A DNA stretch of 64,000 bases from an uncultured Alphaproteobacteria bacterium (lineage in GTDB: Bacteria > Pseudomonadota > Alphaproteobacteria > HIMB59): the NCBI GenBank assembly GCA_902521795.1, contig CABYSX010000007.1, positions 297-64,296 on the forward strand, read 5' to 3'. Below the pieces are notes generated by a model. It searched no databases, was not told where the DNA came from, and worked only from the letters and a program-made list of their open reading frames with translations. This document shows, one piece after another, positions 34,146 to 44,228 of this stretch (its first letter is position 1; each line of letters opens with the position of its first letter). The translations under genes were made by a program, and so were the position numbers.

Positions 34146-34469
34146 ATGTCTTTATTAGAAAAATATAACGAAGTTTTTATGAACAAAGATGAAGCTGGAA
34201 TGAATGAGGTGCTTCATGATGATTATAAATTTACAATGCACGCATCCGGAAATGTTTTAGGCAAACAAGATGTAATAAAGTGGGCAATGAGCGATGATAT
34301 TAATAGAGAAAAGGTTCGAATTATTTATGAAAACGATGAAATTGGGATTGAGCATTCTTTTGTGACTTTTTCAGATGGCAATACTCAAGCTGTAATGGCA
34401 GTATTTACTTTTAAAGATGGTAAAATTTTCTCTTTAGAAACTGGTGCCACCAATATGCCAAAGGCTTAA
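34146..34469 (+). CDS. NTF2/SnoaL-like protein
   Basis: LHDDYKF, FTFKDGKI..ETGAT; AGGAG RBS. Confidence 0.7.
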   Translation: MSLLEKYNEVFMNKDEAGMNEVLHDDYKFTMHASGNVLGKQDVIKWAMSDDINREKVRIIYENDEIGIEHSFVTFSDGNTQAVMAVFTFKDGKIFSLETGATNMPKA

Positions 34470-34837
34470 TTAATAAATTTTAAAAGGTCCGGTTTAAAAT
34501 AATTCGGGCCTTTCATTACCTTTCCAGACTCATTATAAATAGGTTTTCCATCCTCACCTAACTTGCTCATGTTAGAGTTTTGAACTTCATCAAAGCATCT
34601 ATCTAAATCAATACCAAAAGCATGGCCGGCTCCATAAGTAACGTAAAGTATGTCAGTTAATGCATCAGCTACCTCAAGCAAGTTTTTATCATTCATTGCT
34701 TGGGTTAATTCCTCTAATTCTTCTTTTATAAGGTCAATTCTTAATTTGTTTGTCTTTGCATCACTAAATTCAGCTTTGTCCTTTACTTCTTGACCATAAG
34801 TATTCATGAATAACTTCACTTTTTCAAAATTTGTCAT
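34466..34837 (-). CDS. MazG-like/PRA-PH NTP pyrophosphohydrolase
   Basis: LIKEELEEL, EVADALTDILYVTYG, EVQNSNMSK, GKVMKGPNY. Confidence 0.88.
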   Translation of the reverse strand: MTNFEKVKLFMNTYGQEVKDKAEFSDAKTNKLRIDLIKEELEELTQAMNDKNLLEVADALTDILYVTYGAGHAFGIDLDRCFDEVQNSNMSKLGEDGKPIYNESGKVMKGPNYFKPDLLKFIN

Positions 34838-34913
34838 TTAGTACCCCTCTTTCCTATAATAACTAATTTTTACTAGTAAAAAGAAATTATTTATAATAAG
34901 AATTATTCGCTAT

Positions 34914-34989
<76 letters not shown>

Positions 34990-34999
34990 CTTCTTAGAG

Positions 35000-36127
35000 T
35001 TATTGAAGATTTAACTCATCAATTGAACGATCGTTTCTGGACCTACTCAATTCTAACAGTCCACCCCTAGTGTAGCCATAAACATTAGTAATGCTCAAAT
35101 CATCTCTAAATTCGTTTTTCAACATGCCCACAAGTTTTCTAAGTGTATTTTGGTCACTTGCAACAGGGTCAATTACAACTTTTCCAGATATATTTTTTAA
35201 TTTGATGAGCCTAGAAATTAATTGGATAGCCTCTCTGTTAGTATCAAATCTTTTTGCAGAACCAGTATTTACATCAATTGCTGTGAGCGCATCTGTTTTA
35301 CCAATCATGATATTGCCTCCACTTGGTAAATCGTAATAATGTCCAATCAAATAATCAATTTTTTCTCCCAAATTAAACACTTCTTCAATTTGTTCATTTG
35401 ACATTTCTTCACATAAATTTGCAAAAGTTGAATCTAGCTTTTCATCCCAGTTTTTAACTCTTTCAAATCGATCATTATCACTAAAAATAATTTGATCAGT
35501 GTTTTTGTCTGAGTAATCACAAACAAAGTTTTGATCAAAATAGGTATTTTGAAAAACAAGGCCCTCTTCGCTTAATTCTTTCGCATTTAACTCAATCTCT
35601 TTCCATTGATTATTTAAATAATTTAACTCAAATTGAGCAATTTCAATATTTTCTGGAATAAGATTGTGTCTAGCTATTAGTCCCACTTCAGACTCACTTA
35701 AAGCATCCATAATTTTATCTTGTTGATTTGTATCTAAGTTTTTTCTGGTTCTTCTACTTAAAATTATCTCATCACCATAAGGTAATAAATTTATAAATTT
35801 ACCAGTTAGTATCACGTTATTTGTGAAAAGATGAACTTTATCTTTGGACCCTATGCTTCTAACTTGAAGTAATAATGATTGTCCTTCATGGGCTTTATCT
35901 CCATTGGGAAAGTTTATTCTTTTAAAAAAACCTCTTTGGTCTCCGCTGCCATAAGAGACAAAGGCACCGCTATCGTTGGGTAAAATTTCTGTGATTTTTA
36001 CTTTATAGATATCCCCGATTTGAACATCTTGGTTAGGTTGAAAGCGAATATTAACCAATTCCCCTTCATTTAGCTTAACTCCACACTTGAAATTTTTGTA
36101 GTTTGTAACAATAAGTTTTGTAGACAT
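35000..36127 (-). CDS. RNase E/G family protein (RNase G-like, short)
   Basis: S1 domain (GDIYKVKI, AFV), LPSGGNI, TAIDVNTG, VVID, GLLELSRSR. Confidence 0.85.
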   Translation of the reverse strand: MSTKLIVTNYKNFKCGVKLNEGELVNIRFQPNQDVQIGDIYKVKITEILPNDSGAFVSYGSGDQRGFFKRINFPNGDKAHEGQSLLLQVRSIGSKDKVHLFTNNVILTGKFINLLPYGDEIILSRRTRKNLDTNQQDKIMDALSESEVGLIARHNLIPENIEIAQFELNYLNNQWKEIELNAKELSEEGLVFQNTYFDQNFVCDYSDKNTDQIIFSDNDRFERVKNWDEKLDSTFANLCEEMSNEQIEEVFNLGEKIDYLIGHYYDLPSGGNIMIGKTDALTAIDVNTGSAKRFDTNREAIQLISRLIKLKNISGKVVIDPVASDQNTLRKLVGMLKNEFRDDLSITNVYGYTRGGLLELSRSRNDRSIDELNLQ

Positions 36128-36155
36128 GGCATTACTCCTTTTAAAAAATTATTCA

Positions 36156-36377
36156 TTAGTTCTTTGACCTAAATGTTATTCTGCCCTTAGTTAAATCATA
36201 TGGTGTCATTTCAACTGTTACTCGGTCTCCTGCAAGTACTCTAATCCTATTTTTTCTCATTTTTCCAGACGTATGGGCTATGACTTCATGGTCATTATCT
36301 AGCTTAACTTTAAACATAGCATTTGGAAGTAGCTCTGAAACCACACCTTGAAATTCTATTGCATCTTCTTTGGACAT
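36156..36377 (-). CDS. infA: Translation initiation factor IF-1
   Basis: [36 protein letters not shown]. Confidence 0.97.
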   Translation of the reverse strand: MSKEDAIEFQGVVSELLPNAMFKVKLDNDHEVIAHTSGKMRKNRIRVLAGDRVTVEMTPYDLTKGRITFRSKN

Positions 36378-36388
36378 GTTGATGTATC

Positions 36389-37660
36389 TTATGTTTTGAT
36401 CTTTCTAATTTCAACTGATAAAGCGTGTGCCTCTAAACCCTCTTGTCTTGCAAGATTGATTGTGGGCTTTGCTATTTTCTTTAGAGTCTTATTACCAGGC
36501 TTAATAAAAACTGTTTTTTTTGTATAATCTTCGACACCTAAACCAGAAGTAAATTTTGCAGTTTGATCTGTAGGTAGTACATGGTTAGTGCCTATAGTGT
36601 AATCTCCTAAAGCTACAGGAGATTTTTCTCCTAAAAATACAGATCCTGCATTTATAATATGTTTCAATATATTTTTATTAAATTTTTCATGAATGTGGAG
36701 GTGCTCTGGGGCAATAAAATTTGAAATTTCAAATATTTCTTTTTGACTCTTAGCTAAAATTAAGTAGCAATTATTTTTAATAGATCGATCAACATTTTTT
36801 AATTTTATCTCTTTCATTATTATTTGAAGTTCATTTTTTACTTTAAGTAAAATGTTTTTATTTTTAGCTATTACATAGGTTTTTGCATTAGGATCATGTT
36901 CGCCTTGCGCGAGAACATCATAAGCTATCCATGAGGGATTTGATTTATTATTTGCTATTACTAAAACTTCCGATGGTCCTGCTGGTAAATCTATTCCAAT
37001 AAATCCAAATAATTGTTTTTTTGCTTCGGCCACATATTGGTTTCCTGGACCAAATACTTTATCAGCTTTTTTTATTAACTTAGTGCCAAAAGCAAACGCT
37101 GCAATCGCCTGAGCTCCACCAACATTGTAAACTTTATTTACTCCGCATAGATAAGCAGCTGCTAAAGTTAGTTTTGATGTTTCGCCATTTTGAGAGGGAA
37201 CACAAATCATTATGTTTGGAACCTTCGCTATTTTTGCAGGAATAGCTGTCATTAAAACAGTCGAGGGATAAGACGCTAGTCCACCAGGAATGTATAAGCC
37301 AACGTTTTCAATTGGATTCCATTGAATATAAAATTTTGAGTCGATTTGATCTCTAAAGGAATATGATAATTTTTTTTGTTTTGAGTGATAATAGTGAATT
37401 CTTTTATAGGCTAATTGCAGTGCTTTTTTACTATCATTTGATATAGAATTATAAGCTTCCTTTAGAGCTTTTTGACTTATTTCTAAATTATTTAAAGTAG
37501 CTTTTTTATTTTCAAACTTTCTTACATACTTTAATAAAGCTTCATCTTTATTTTTTTTGATATCTTTAATGATACTTTTGACAGTACCACTTACTGCTAA
37601 ATTAACATTTGAGGAGGAGTTGAGATTATCAAAAATCCATTTTTTACTAACGATCCTCAT
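36389..37660 (-). CDS. hisD: Histidinol dehydrogenase
   Basis: [38 protein letters not shown]. Confidence 0.92.
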   Translation of the reverse strand: MRIVSKKWIFDNLNSSSNVNLAVSGTVKSIIKDIKKNKDEALLKYVRKFENKKATLNNLEISQKALKEAYNSISNDSKKALQLAYKRIHYYHSKQKKLSYSFRDQIDSKFYIQWNPIENVGLYIPGGLASYPSTVLMTAIPAKIAKVPNIMICVPSQNGETSKLTLAAAYLCGVNKVYNVGGAQAIAAFAFGTKLIKKADKVFGPGNQYVAEAKKQLFGFIGIDLPAGPSEVLVIANNKSNPSWIAYDVLAQGEHDPNAKTYVIAKNKNILLKVKNELQIIMKEIKLKNVDRSIKNNCYLILAKSQKEIFEISNFIAPEHLHIHEKFNKNILKHIINAGSVFLGEKSPVALGDYTIGTNHVLPTDQTAKFTSGLGVEDYTKKTVFIKPGNKTLKKIAKPTINLARQEGLEAHALSVEIRKIKT

Positions 37661-38295
37661 TATAAACCTTTTGTTAGTAGTTTTTTTATAAATTTTTTCT
37701 TTAAATCATAGGCAAAATAACTGCTTATGATGACAGTTGAGATATCATTATTGATGATTACATTTTCATAAAGTTGGTTATCTTTCAGAGTCTTTCCAGA
37801 TTGTACAAGATCTAAAATAAAATCAGCAATTTGGTATTTTACTGCAAGCTCTATGGAGCCATTTAATTTTATTGTCTCTGTTTGTATATTTAGATCTCTA
37901 AAGTAGTTTTCAGATATATTTTGAAATTTGGTTGCAACTTTGAATATTTTCTTCTCTGAAAAATTAATTTCTTTTTTATCTGATGCTATGGATATTCTGC
38001 ACTTTCCTATATTAGTTTTTTTTAATAGAACAATATTTTGTGAACTATTTTCTAAAATATCATCGTATCCAACAAATCCAATATCTGCTGCCCCTAACAT
38101 AATATAAGATCTAATATCTGAGGGTTTTAATTTGATGACTTTTATCTCTTTGAAATTTGTATCGAAAGTCAATTTCCTTACACTCTCGTTAAAAAAAGGT
38201 TGTTCTATAACAACGCCTCTTTCAGAGAGATATTTTACAACCTTTCCTTCCAGTCTTCCTTTAGGACAAGCAATAGTTAAATTTTGATTGTTCAT
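37660..38295 (-). CDS. hisG: ATP phosphoribosyltransferase, short form
   Basis: PKGRL, VATKF, LNGSIELA, DLVQSGKTLKDNQL; 211 aa, so HisZ-dependent type. Confidence 0.9.
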   Translation of the reverse strand: MNNQNLTIACPKGRLEGKVVKYLSERGVVIEQPFFNESVRKLTFDTNFKEIKVIKLKPSDIRSYIMLGAADIGFVGYDDILENSSQNIVLLKKTNIGKCRISIASDKKEINFSEKKIFKVATKFQNISENYFRDLNIQTETIKLNGSIELAVKYQIADFILDLVQSGKTLKDNQLYENVIINNDISTVIISSYFAYDLKKKFIKKLLTKGL

Positions 38296-39548
38296 TTTTT
38301 TCTAGATATGTTTACGCCACATTTTTTTAATTTTAAATCAAAATCTTCATACCCTCTATCTAAGTGGTAAATTCTGTTTATTACAGTTGTGCCTTTGGAC
38401 ATCATTGCAGCTATTATAAGAGAAAAACTAGCTCTTATATCAGTTGCCATCACCTCAGCGCCAAATAAATTCGGGGTTTTATGTATTGTCACAGTTTTTC
38501 CAATAATTGATAGATTAGCTCCAAATCTTCTAAGTTCGGGGATATGAATGAATCTATTCTCAAATATATTTTCAACTACTTTTGATTTCAGGGCAGACTT
38601 AAGTTGTGTAGCTATAAGTTGGGCTTGTAAGTCTGTAGGATATCCAGGAAATTCTTTAGTAGAAATTTTTTTTATTGGTTTAAGTGTTTTGCAATTAAAT
38701 TCATAAGAGGTTTTAGATATCTTTTTTATTTTTAGCCCCATGTCTTGATAAATTTTTAAAGGTAAAGTTAAGTCATTTGGATTAAAGTTATTTAATATGA
38801 GTCTACCTTTCGTTGCCATGGTAGCTAAAATATAAGATCCTGCCTCAATCCTGTCAGGAATGACTTTATAATCTTCAAGGTTCAATTCTTCAACACCCTT
38901 AATGGTAATTGTTCTGTTTTTTACTTTTATATTAGCTCCACATTTGTTCAAAAAATTTATTAGATCTATAACTTCAGGCTCGATGGCACAATTTTTTAAT
39001 TTACTAATACCATCTGCTAAAGTAGATGCCATTAAGATATTTTGAGTAGCTCCAACGCTAATTTTTGGAAATTTATGGTTGATTGAGTTTAGTTTATCTT
39101 TTTTTCTTTCTGCTATTACATAGCCATTTTTAATTGAGATTTTAATACCCATTTTCTTTAAAGCATCTAAGTGTAAATCAATTCCTCTAGTGCCAATTGA
39201 GCAACCACCTGGAAGTGCTATTTTAAATTTTTTATATCTTGAAATAGCAGGACCTAAAATAACAATAGAAGCTCTCATTTGACGAACATATTCATAATCA
39301 GCAGATTTTTTTTTAATTGCAGAACTCTTAATAACAAATGTATTTTTTTGAAAGTCAACACGACAACCTAAATCTTTTAGAATTGAAACTAAAAATCTTG
39401 TATCCCTGAGATTAGGTATGTTGTTAATTAAGCAATTACCCTTGGACAACAAAGTAGATATCATAATTGGTAACGAGGCATTCTTGGATCCTGAGATATC
39501 GATCTGTCCTTTTAAGGTAGAAGGACCTTGTATGACTACAGTTTGCAT
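38292..39548 (-). CDS. murA: UDP-GlcNAc 1-carboxyvinyltransferase
   Basis: SGSKNA, MRAS, LPGGCSIG, DRIEAG, YPTDLQAQ, HLDRGYE. Confidence 0.96.
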   Translation of the reverse strand: MQTVVIQGPSTLKGQIDISGSKNASLPIMISTLLSKGNCLINNIPNLRDTRFLVSILKDLGCRVDFQKNTFVIKSSAIKKKSADYEYVRQMRASIVILGPAISRYKKFKIALPGGCSIGTRGIDLHLDALKKMGIKISIKNGYVIAERKKDKLNSINHKFPKISVGATQNILMASTLADGISKLKNCAIEPEVIDLINFLNKCGANIKVKNRTITIKGVEELNLEDYKVIPDRIEAGSYILATMATKGRLILNNFNPNDLTLPLKIYQDMGLKIKKISKTSYEFNCKTLKPIKKISTKEFPGYPTDLQAQLIATQLKSALKSKVVENIFENRFIHIPELRRFGANLSIIGKTVTIHKTPNLFGAEVMATDIRASFSLIIAAMMSKGTTVINRIYHLDRGYEDFDLKLKKCGVNISRKK

Positions 39549-39552
39549 AAAT

Positions 39553-39660
39553 TTATTTTTTTGATTTTTTTCTTTTTTTTAAATTTTCTCTTAATTTCTG
39601 GGCTAATTTATCTTTTTTTTGTTTTTCAATATTTTTTCTTTTAAGGTCTTGTTTCTTCAT
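39553..39660 (-). CDS. 35-aa basic small protein upstream of murA
   Basis: Manual translation MKKQDLKRKNIEKQKKDKLAQKLRENLKKRKKSKK; the LAxxLRENLKKRK motif resembles the small murA-upstream ORF of alphaproteobacteria (recalled). Confidence 0.6.
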   Translation of the reverse strand: MKKQDLKRKNIEKQKKDKLAQKLRENLKKRKKSKK

Positions 39661-39682
39661 AAATTATAACCAAATAAATTAT

Positions 39683-42262
39683 ATGATGAATTTTGAAAAA
39701 TACACTAATAGTTCAAAAAAAATAATTAATTCTGCACAAAATTTGGCATTAGGTAAAAAACATCAAAAGATTGCACCTATTCATATTATAAGTGAGTTAT
39801 TAAATTCTAATCATGAAATAATAATTAAAATTTTTGAGAAAATTAACATTGATAATATTAAAAAAGATATTTCTGAATTACTTTTAAAAGAGCCAGTAAA
39901 CGGTTCAACTTCAAGCCAAATTTATGCCGATCCTAAATTATTAATATTATTTGAAAGTGCTGAAAAAATAGCAAAAACAAATCAAGATAGTTTTGTGTCA
40001 ATTGATACTTTATTTTTGAGTTGTATTAAATCAGATAATCAAATTGAAAGTATATTAAAAAAAAATGGTCTGAGTCACTCATCTGTAAAATCTAAAATAG
40101 AAGAATTTAGAAAAGATGGAAAATCTGACAGTGAGAACTCTGATGATAATTTTAATGCATTAGAAAAGTATACTATCAACGTTACTCAAAAAGCACAAAA
40201 TAGAGAATTAGATCCTGTTATTGGAAGAGATGAAGAAATTCGAAGAACCATTCAGGTTTTATCAAGAAGAACTAAAAATAATCCAATACTAATTGGTGAC
40301 CCAGGTGTAGGTAAAACTGCCTTGATAGAGGGTTTAGCTCAAAGAATAGTGAACAAAGACGTTCCACGATCATTAGAGAATAAAGTTATTCGTATACTTG
40401 ACCTTGGTTTGTTGCTTGCTGGAGCAAAATATCGTGGAGAATTTGAAGAAAGACTTCAAAACGTGTTAAAGGAAATTCATAAACAAAATGGTTTAATTAT
40501 TTTATTTATTGATGAAATTCATACACTTGTTGGTGCTGGAAAGACAGACGGTGCAATGGATGCATCTAATATGTTAAAACCGGCATTAGCACGAGGTGAA
40601 TTACACTGTGTTGGAGCCACAACACTTGATGAATACAAAAAATACTTTGAGAAAGATGCTGCTTTGACAAGGCGTTTTCAACCGGTATTTGTTAACGAGC
40701 CCTCCTCTACTGACGCGGTAGCTATTTTGAGGGGTTTGAAAGAAAAGTATGAAATTCATCACGGAATTAGAATTAGTGATGAGGCTATTTTATCTTCAGT
40801 TCAATTATCTGATCGTTACATCACTGACCGCTTTCTTCCTGATAAAGCCATTGATTTAATGGATGAAGCAGCAAGTAAAGTTAAAATGGAAATTGATAGT
40901 AAACCTGAAGAAATTGATCAATTAGACCGGGATCTTATCAAACTTCAAATGGAAAAAAACGTACTCTCTAAAGAAAATGATAAAGATGATAAAAAAAATG
41001 AGCAAATTGATACTCAAATATCAAATATACAGGAAAAATTAAATGTCCTTAATAGTACTTGGGAGTCAGAAAAAAAGATTTTAGATACAAAAAGAAATCT
41101 TAATGAAAGAATTGATCAAGCAAAAGAAGACCTTGAGAGTGCTCAAAGAACTGGGGATTTGACAAAAGCAAGTGAACTTATGTATGGCTTACTTCCAAGT
41201 CTTGAAAAAGAATATGAGGAGTTAAATCAAAAAGAGCAGGCTACTATTATAAATGAAGTAATTAATGCAGAAGATATTGCAAGTGTAGTGTCCAAATGGA
41301 CAGGTATACCTTTAGAAAAACTTATTGGAGGAGAAAAAGACAAATTAATAAATATTGAAAAACTTTTAGAAAAAAGAGTCATTGGGCAACAAGATGCAAT
41401 TGAGAAGGTCTCTAAAGCTATTAAGATTTCAAAAGCAGGTCTTCAGGATCCAGATAAACCCCTTGGTTCCTTTCTTTTTTTAGGTCCAACTGGTGTTGGA
41501 AAGACGGAATTATCTAAAGCTTTAGCTGAATACGTTTTTGATAACGAAAAACAAATGCTAAGGCTCGATATGTCTGAATATATGGAAAAACACTCTGTAA
41601 GTAAGTTAATAGGTTCTCCTCCGGGTTATGTTGGTTACGATGATGGTGGAAAACTTACAGACTCTGTGAGAAGACGTCCTTATCAAGTAATCTTATTTGA
41701 TGAAATTGAAAAAGCACACCCCGATGTATTTAACATATTACTACAAATTCTTGATGATGGTAGGTTAACTGACTCAAAAGGAAAAATAGTAAATTTTAAA
41801 AATACACTTATTATTTTGACATCTAATATTGGTTCACAAATTCCTGTTGATGATAACTTTGACTATACAACAAAGAAAAATTTAGCCCTCGAAGAACTTA
41901 AAAATCATTTTCGACTAGAATTTTTAAATAGAATTGATGACATAATTCTATTTAACAAATTAACAAAAGAAAATATAAGTTCGATTTTGAATAATCAAAT
42001 TCAGTTGATTGAAAAAAGAATTTCTTCTAAAGGAATATCTATCGGTTTTACTGATGAAGCCTTTGACTATCTCAAAGAAAAGGGATTTGATCCTTTGTTC
42101 GGTGCAAGACCTTTAAAAAGATTATTACAAGATGAGGTTTTAAACCCTCTGTCAGAGGTAATATTAGATATTGGTGAAAATATTCCAGATAAATTAATTT
42201 TTACTAAAGATAAATACGGGTTAGCAGTTGCTAATAAAAACCTTAAGGTTTTGAGATCATAA
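39683..42262 (+). CDS. clpB: Chaperone ClpB
   Basis: Two AAA modules ([16 protein letters not shown]), coiled-coil M-domain, GARPL. Confidence 0.95.
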   Translation: MMNFEKYTNSSKKIINSAQNLALGKKHQKIAPIHIISELLNSNHEIIIKIFEKINIDNIKKDISELLLKEPVNGSTSSQIYADPKLLILFESAEKIAKTNQDSFVSIDTLFLSCIKSDNQIESILKKNGLSHSSVKSKIEEFRKDGKSDSENSDDNFNALEKYTINVTQKAQNRELDPVIGRDEEIRRTIQVLSRRTKNNPILIGDPGVGKTALIEGLAQRIVNKDVPRSLENKVIRILDLGLLLAGAKYRGEFEERLQNVLKEIHKQNGLIILFIDEIHTLVGAGKTDGAMDASNMLKPALARGELHCVGATTLDEYKKYFEKDAALTRRFQPVFVNEPSSTDAVAILRGLKEKYEIHHGIRISDEAILSSVQLSDRYITDRFLPDKAIDLMDEAASKVKMEIDSKPEEIDQLDRDLIKLQMEKNVLSKENDKDDKKNEQIDTQISNIQEKLNVLNSTWESEKKILDTKRNLNERIDQAKEDLESAQRTGDLTKASELMYGLLPSLEKEYEELNQKEQATIINEVINAEDIASVVSKWTGIPLEKLIGGEKDKLINIEKLLEKRVIGQQDAIEKVSKAIKISKAGLQDPDKPLGSFLFLGPTGVGKTELSKALAEYVFDNEKQMLRLDMSEYMEKHSVSKLIGSPPGYVGYDDGGKLTDSVRRRPYQVILFDEIEKAHPDVFNILLQILDDGRLTDSKGKIVNFKNTLIILTSNIGSQIPVDDNFDYTTKKNLALEELKNHFRLEFLNRIDDIILFNKLTKENISSILNNQIQLIEKRISSKGISIGFTDEAFDYLKEKGFDPLFGARPLKRLLQDEVLNPLSEVILDIGENIPDKLIFTKDKYGLAVANKNLKVLRS

Positions 42263-42297
42263 CTTCCAACTTAAAATAAAATTAGTATAATTGAGAG

Positions 42298-42390
42298 ATG
42301 AAGTGGATATTTTTAATTGGAGCTTTCGCTTTAATTTTCTTTGTTTTGTATCTTTCCGTTATGACCATAAGAAAAATTAGAAAAAAATAA
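42298..42390 (+). CDS. 30-aa single-TM micropeptide
   Basis: Manual translation MKWIFLIGAFALIFFVLYLSVMTIRKIRKK; TATAAT just upstream; stop 4 nt before next ORF. Confidence 0.5.
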   Translation: MKWIFLIGAFALIFFVLYLSVMTIRKIRKK

Positions 42391-42394
42391 TTTT

Positions 42395-42808
42395 TTGGAC
42401 GTTTTTTTTTCAGACTCTTTATATAATGCAAAGATTTTTTTAGTTTCTTCTATTTTAACAATTATTTTTTTCCTACTACTCTTGACGAGAAAAATTTACA
42501 AGAAAAAACTAACTATTTCAAATTTATCAATCTATTCTTCACTTTTTTTATTATTAATTACTTTGTCAAGTTTGTTAGTTGTAAATTTTTTCGGGAAATT
42601 TACTTACGTTCTTTTTATTGCCGCTACAATAACAGTAATATATTCGGAAATAAGCTTTCTTCTTGGGAAATATTTCTTTCCAAATTTTGTAAGTGAAAAT
42701 GTATCCAAAGAAATTGTTTATATGTTTAGTTTTATAGTATTTATAAATGCAGGTTATTTTACCTTTATGTTAATATTAGATATTTTAAAAGCTGAAACTT
42801 ATATTTAA
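42395..42808 (+). CDS. Hypothetical membrane protein
   Basis: 137 aa with about four hydrophobic segments. Confidence 0.6.
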   Translation: MDVFFSDSLYNAKIFLVSSILTIIFFLLLLTRKIYKKKLTISNLSIYSSLFLLLITLSSLLVVNFFGKFTYVLFIAATITVIYSEISFLLGKYFFPNFVSENVSKEIVYMFSFIVFINAGYFTFMLILDILKAETYI

Positions 42809-42819
42809 ATATTAATGAT

Positions 42820-43251
42820 GTGATAATACTAATTTCATATTTACAACTATTAATAATTAGTTTTTTAGCAGCTACAATACTTCCACTTTCTTCTGAGTTG
42901 GTTTTATCAACAATGCTATTAACAGACTCTTTTGATAAATATTTACTTTTGGTAGTTGCAAGTTTTGGGAATATTTTTGGTTCATCAGTTAATTGGTATT
43001 TAGGGAAAAAAATATTAATATTTAAGGATAGGAAATGGTTTCCGGTAAATGAGAAACAAATTGCAAAAAGTGAAATGTATTTTAAAAAATATGGTATTTG
43101 GTCTTTATTATTGGCTTGGGTCCCAATAATTGGAGATCCTCTTACAGTAATAGCGGGGATATTAAGAGTAAATTTTTTTACTTTTTTACTTTTAGTGAGT
43201 CTCTCAAAAACATCAAGATATATTTTCTTAATCTTTATTATTTTTAAATGA
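42820..43251 (+). CDS. YqaA/DedA family membrane protein
   Basis: SFLAATILPLSSE, GN..GS..NWYLG, YGIWSLLLAWVPIIGDPLT. Confidence 0.9.
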   Translation: MIILISYLQLLIISFLAATILPLSSELVLSTMLLTDSFDKYLLLVVASFGNIFGSSVNWYLGKKILIFKDRKWFPVNEKQIAKSEMYFKKYGIWSLLLAWVPIIGDPLTVIAGILRVNFFTFLLLVSLSKTSRYIFLIFIIFK

Positions 43252-43433
43252 TTAAAATAATTACCCTAGAGATCGGTAATTCATCTTGGTGGAAAAATAA
43301 AAAATATAGAAAAGAGGCTTCTATTGAATTGAGAAAACTAAGAAAAAAGTATAAGTCTGTTAGAGCTATAAAAAAATATAGATTAAAAACCAGTAATACT
43401 ATTATCTACGGTGACTATGCTTTAAAAAATTAA
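43248..43433 (+). CDS. Small basic hypothetical protein
   Basis: 61 aa ORF overlapping the yqaA stop. Confidence 0.55.
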   Translation: MIKIITLEIGNSSWWKNKKYRKEASIELRKLRKKYKSVRAIKKYRLKTSNTIIYGDYALKN

Positions 43434-43447
43434 TTATTATGGTTCGT

Positions 43448-44185
43448 TTATTTTGAAAGCTTTATAAAAATATCACCCATTCCAGAAATTAATTCTTCTT
43501 CTTTGGTAGTATTTCTAATTTTACATTGTTCGCCAACAACAGGATGGTTATTTATAGCTAAAAGATCGCTACTACTACAACTAGTGGGGTTATGTAAAAA
43601 ACCAATAACCATTTTTCCATCAACTGCAAACACTTGATCCATATTCATTTCCTCGCCATTGCAAAAATAATCTCGATTTACTTCTAAAGGAAATTCCTCT
43701 TTACCGCAGGGATTGTCAATTGTCATAACAGTAAATTGCTCTTCCACACCTTTAAATTTATGTGAGATATTCATGGCCTTAGCATACTTCATTGAGTCAC
43801 AAGTACAGGGCCAACAGCAACGATACATATACCCACAAGTTTTATTGTTAGTTGACTCATCAAGCATACTGATAAAATCTGGAGCAGACCCAGGGCGAAT
43901 GAGCGAACCAGATACTGGGCAATATCTCTTATTAAATTCCACAAAATCATTAAAATCGAGGTCTTGATCAATTAGGTACTTAAAAAACTTTGGTCCCGCA
44001 GCATTTCTGTTACCGTCTGGAAACATATCTCCCCAATTAATTCTCAATGTTTCATAATAGTATTCCTCATTTTTGATTGTATTTTCATTAGCCTGTAATG
44101 AGCTAAAAAAAATTGAAATAAATAATGGGATGATAATGAAAGCTTGATATTTGTTAAATTTAAAAGAAAACTGAGCAGTTTGCAT
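43448..44185 (-). CDS. Secreted Cys-rich protein of unknown function
   Basis: Signal-like N-terminus ending SLQA; 10 Cys including YCPVSGS and RCCWPCTCD. Confidence 0.75.
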   Translation of the reverse strand: MQTAQFSFKFNKYQAFIIIPLFISIFFSSLQANENTIKNEEYYYETLRINWGDMFPDGNRNAAGPKFFKYLIDQDLDFNDFVEFNKRYCPVSGSLIRPGSAPDFISMLDESTNNKTCGYMYRCCWPCTCDSMKYAKAMNISHKFKGVEEQFTVMTIDNPCGKEEFPLEVNRDYFCNGEEMNMDQVFAVDGKMVIGFLHNPTSCSSSDLLAINNHPVVGEQCKIRNTTKEEELISGMGDIFIKLSK

Positions 44186-44228
44186 ATTTCATAATTACAC
44201 ATGTGATTGAAATCTAGATCAAAGGATA

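Noticed and set aside
39648-39675. CTTG-N18-CCAAAT as an RpoH promoter for clpB
   Set aside because: Plausible context but a weak -10 match; needs TSS data
43789-43971. 60-aa same-strand alternative-frame ORF inside the Cys-rich gene
   Set aside because: Fully nested, with no motif or RBS
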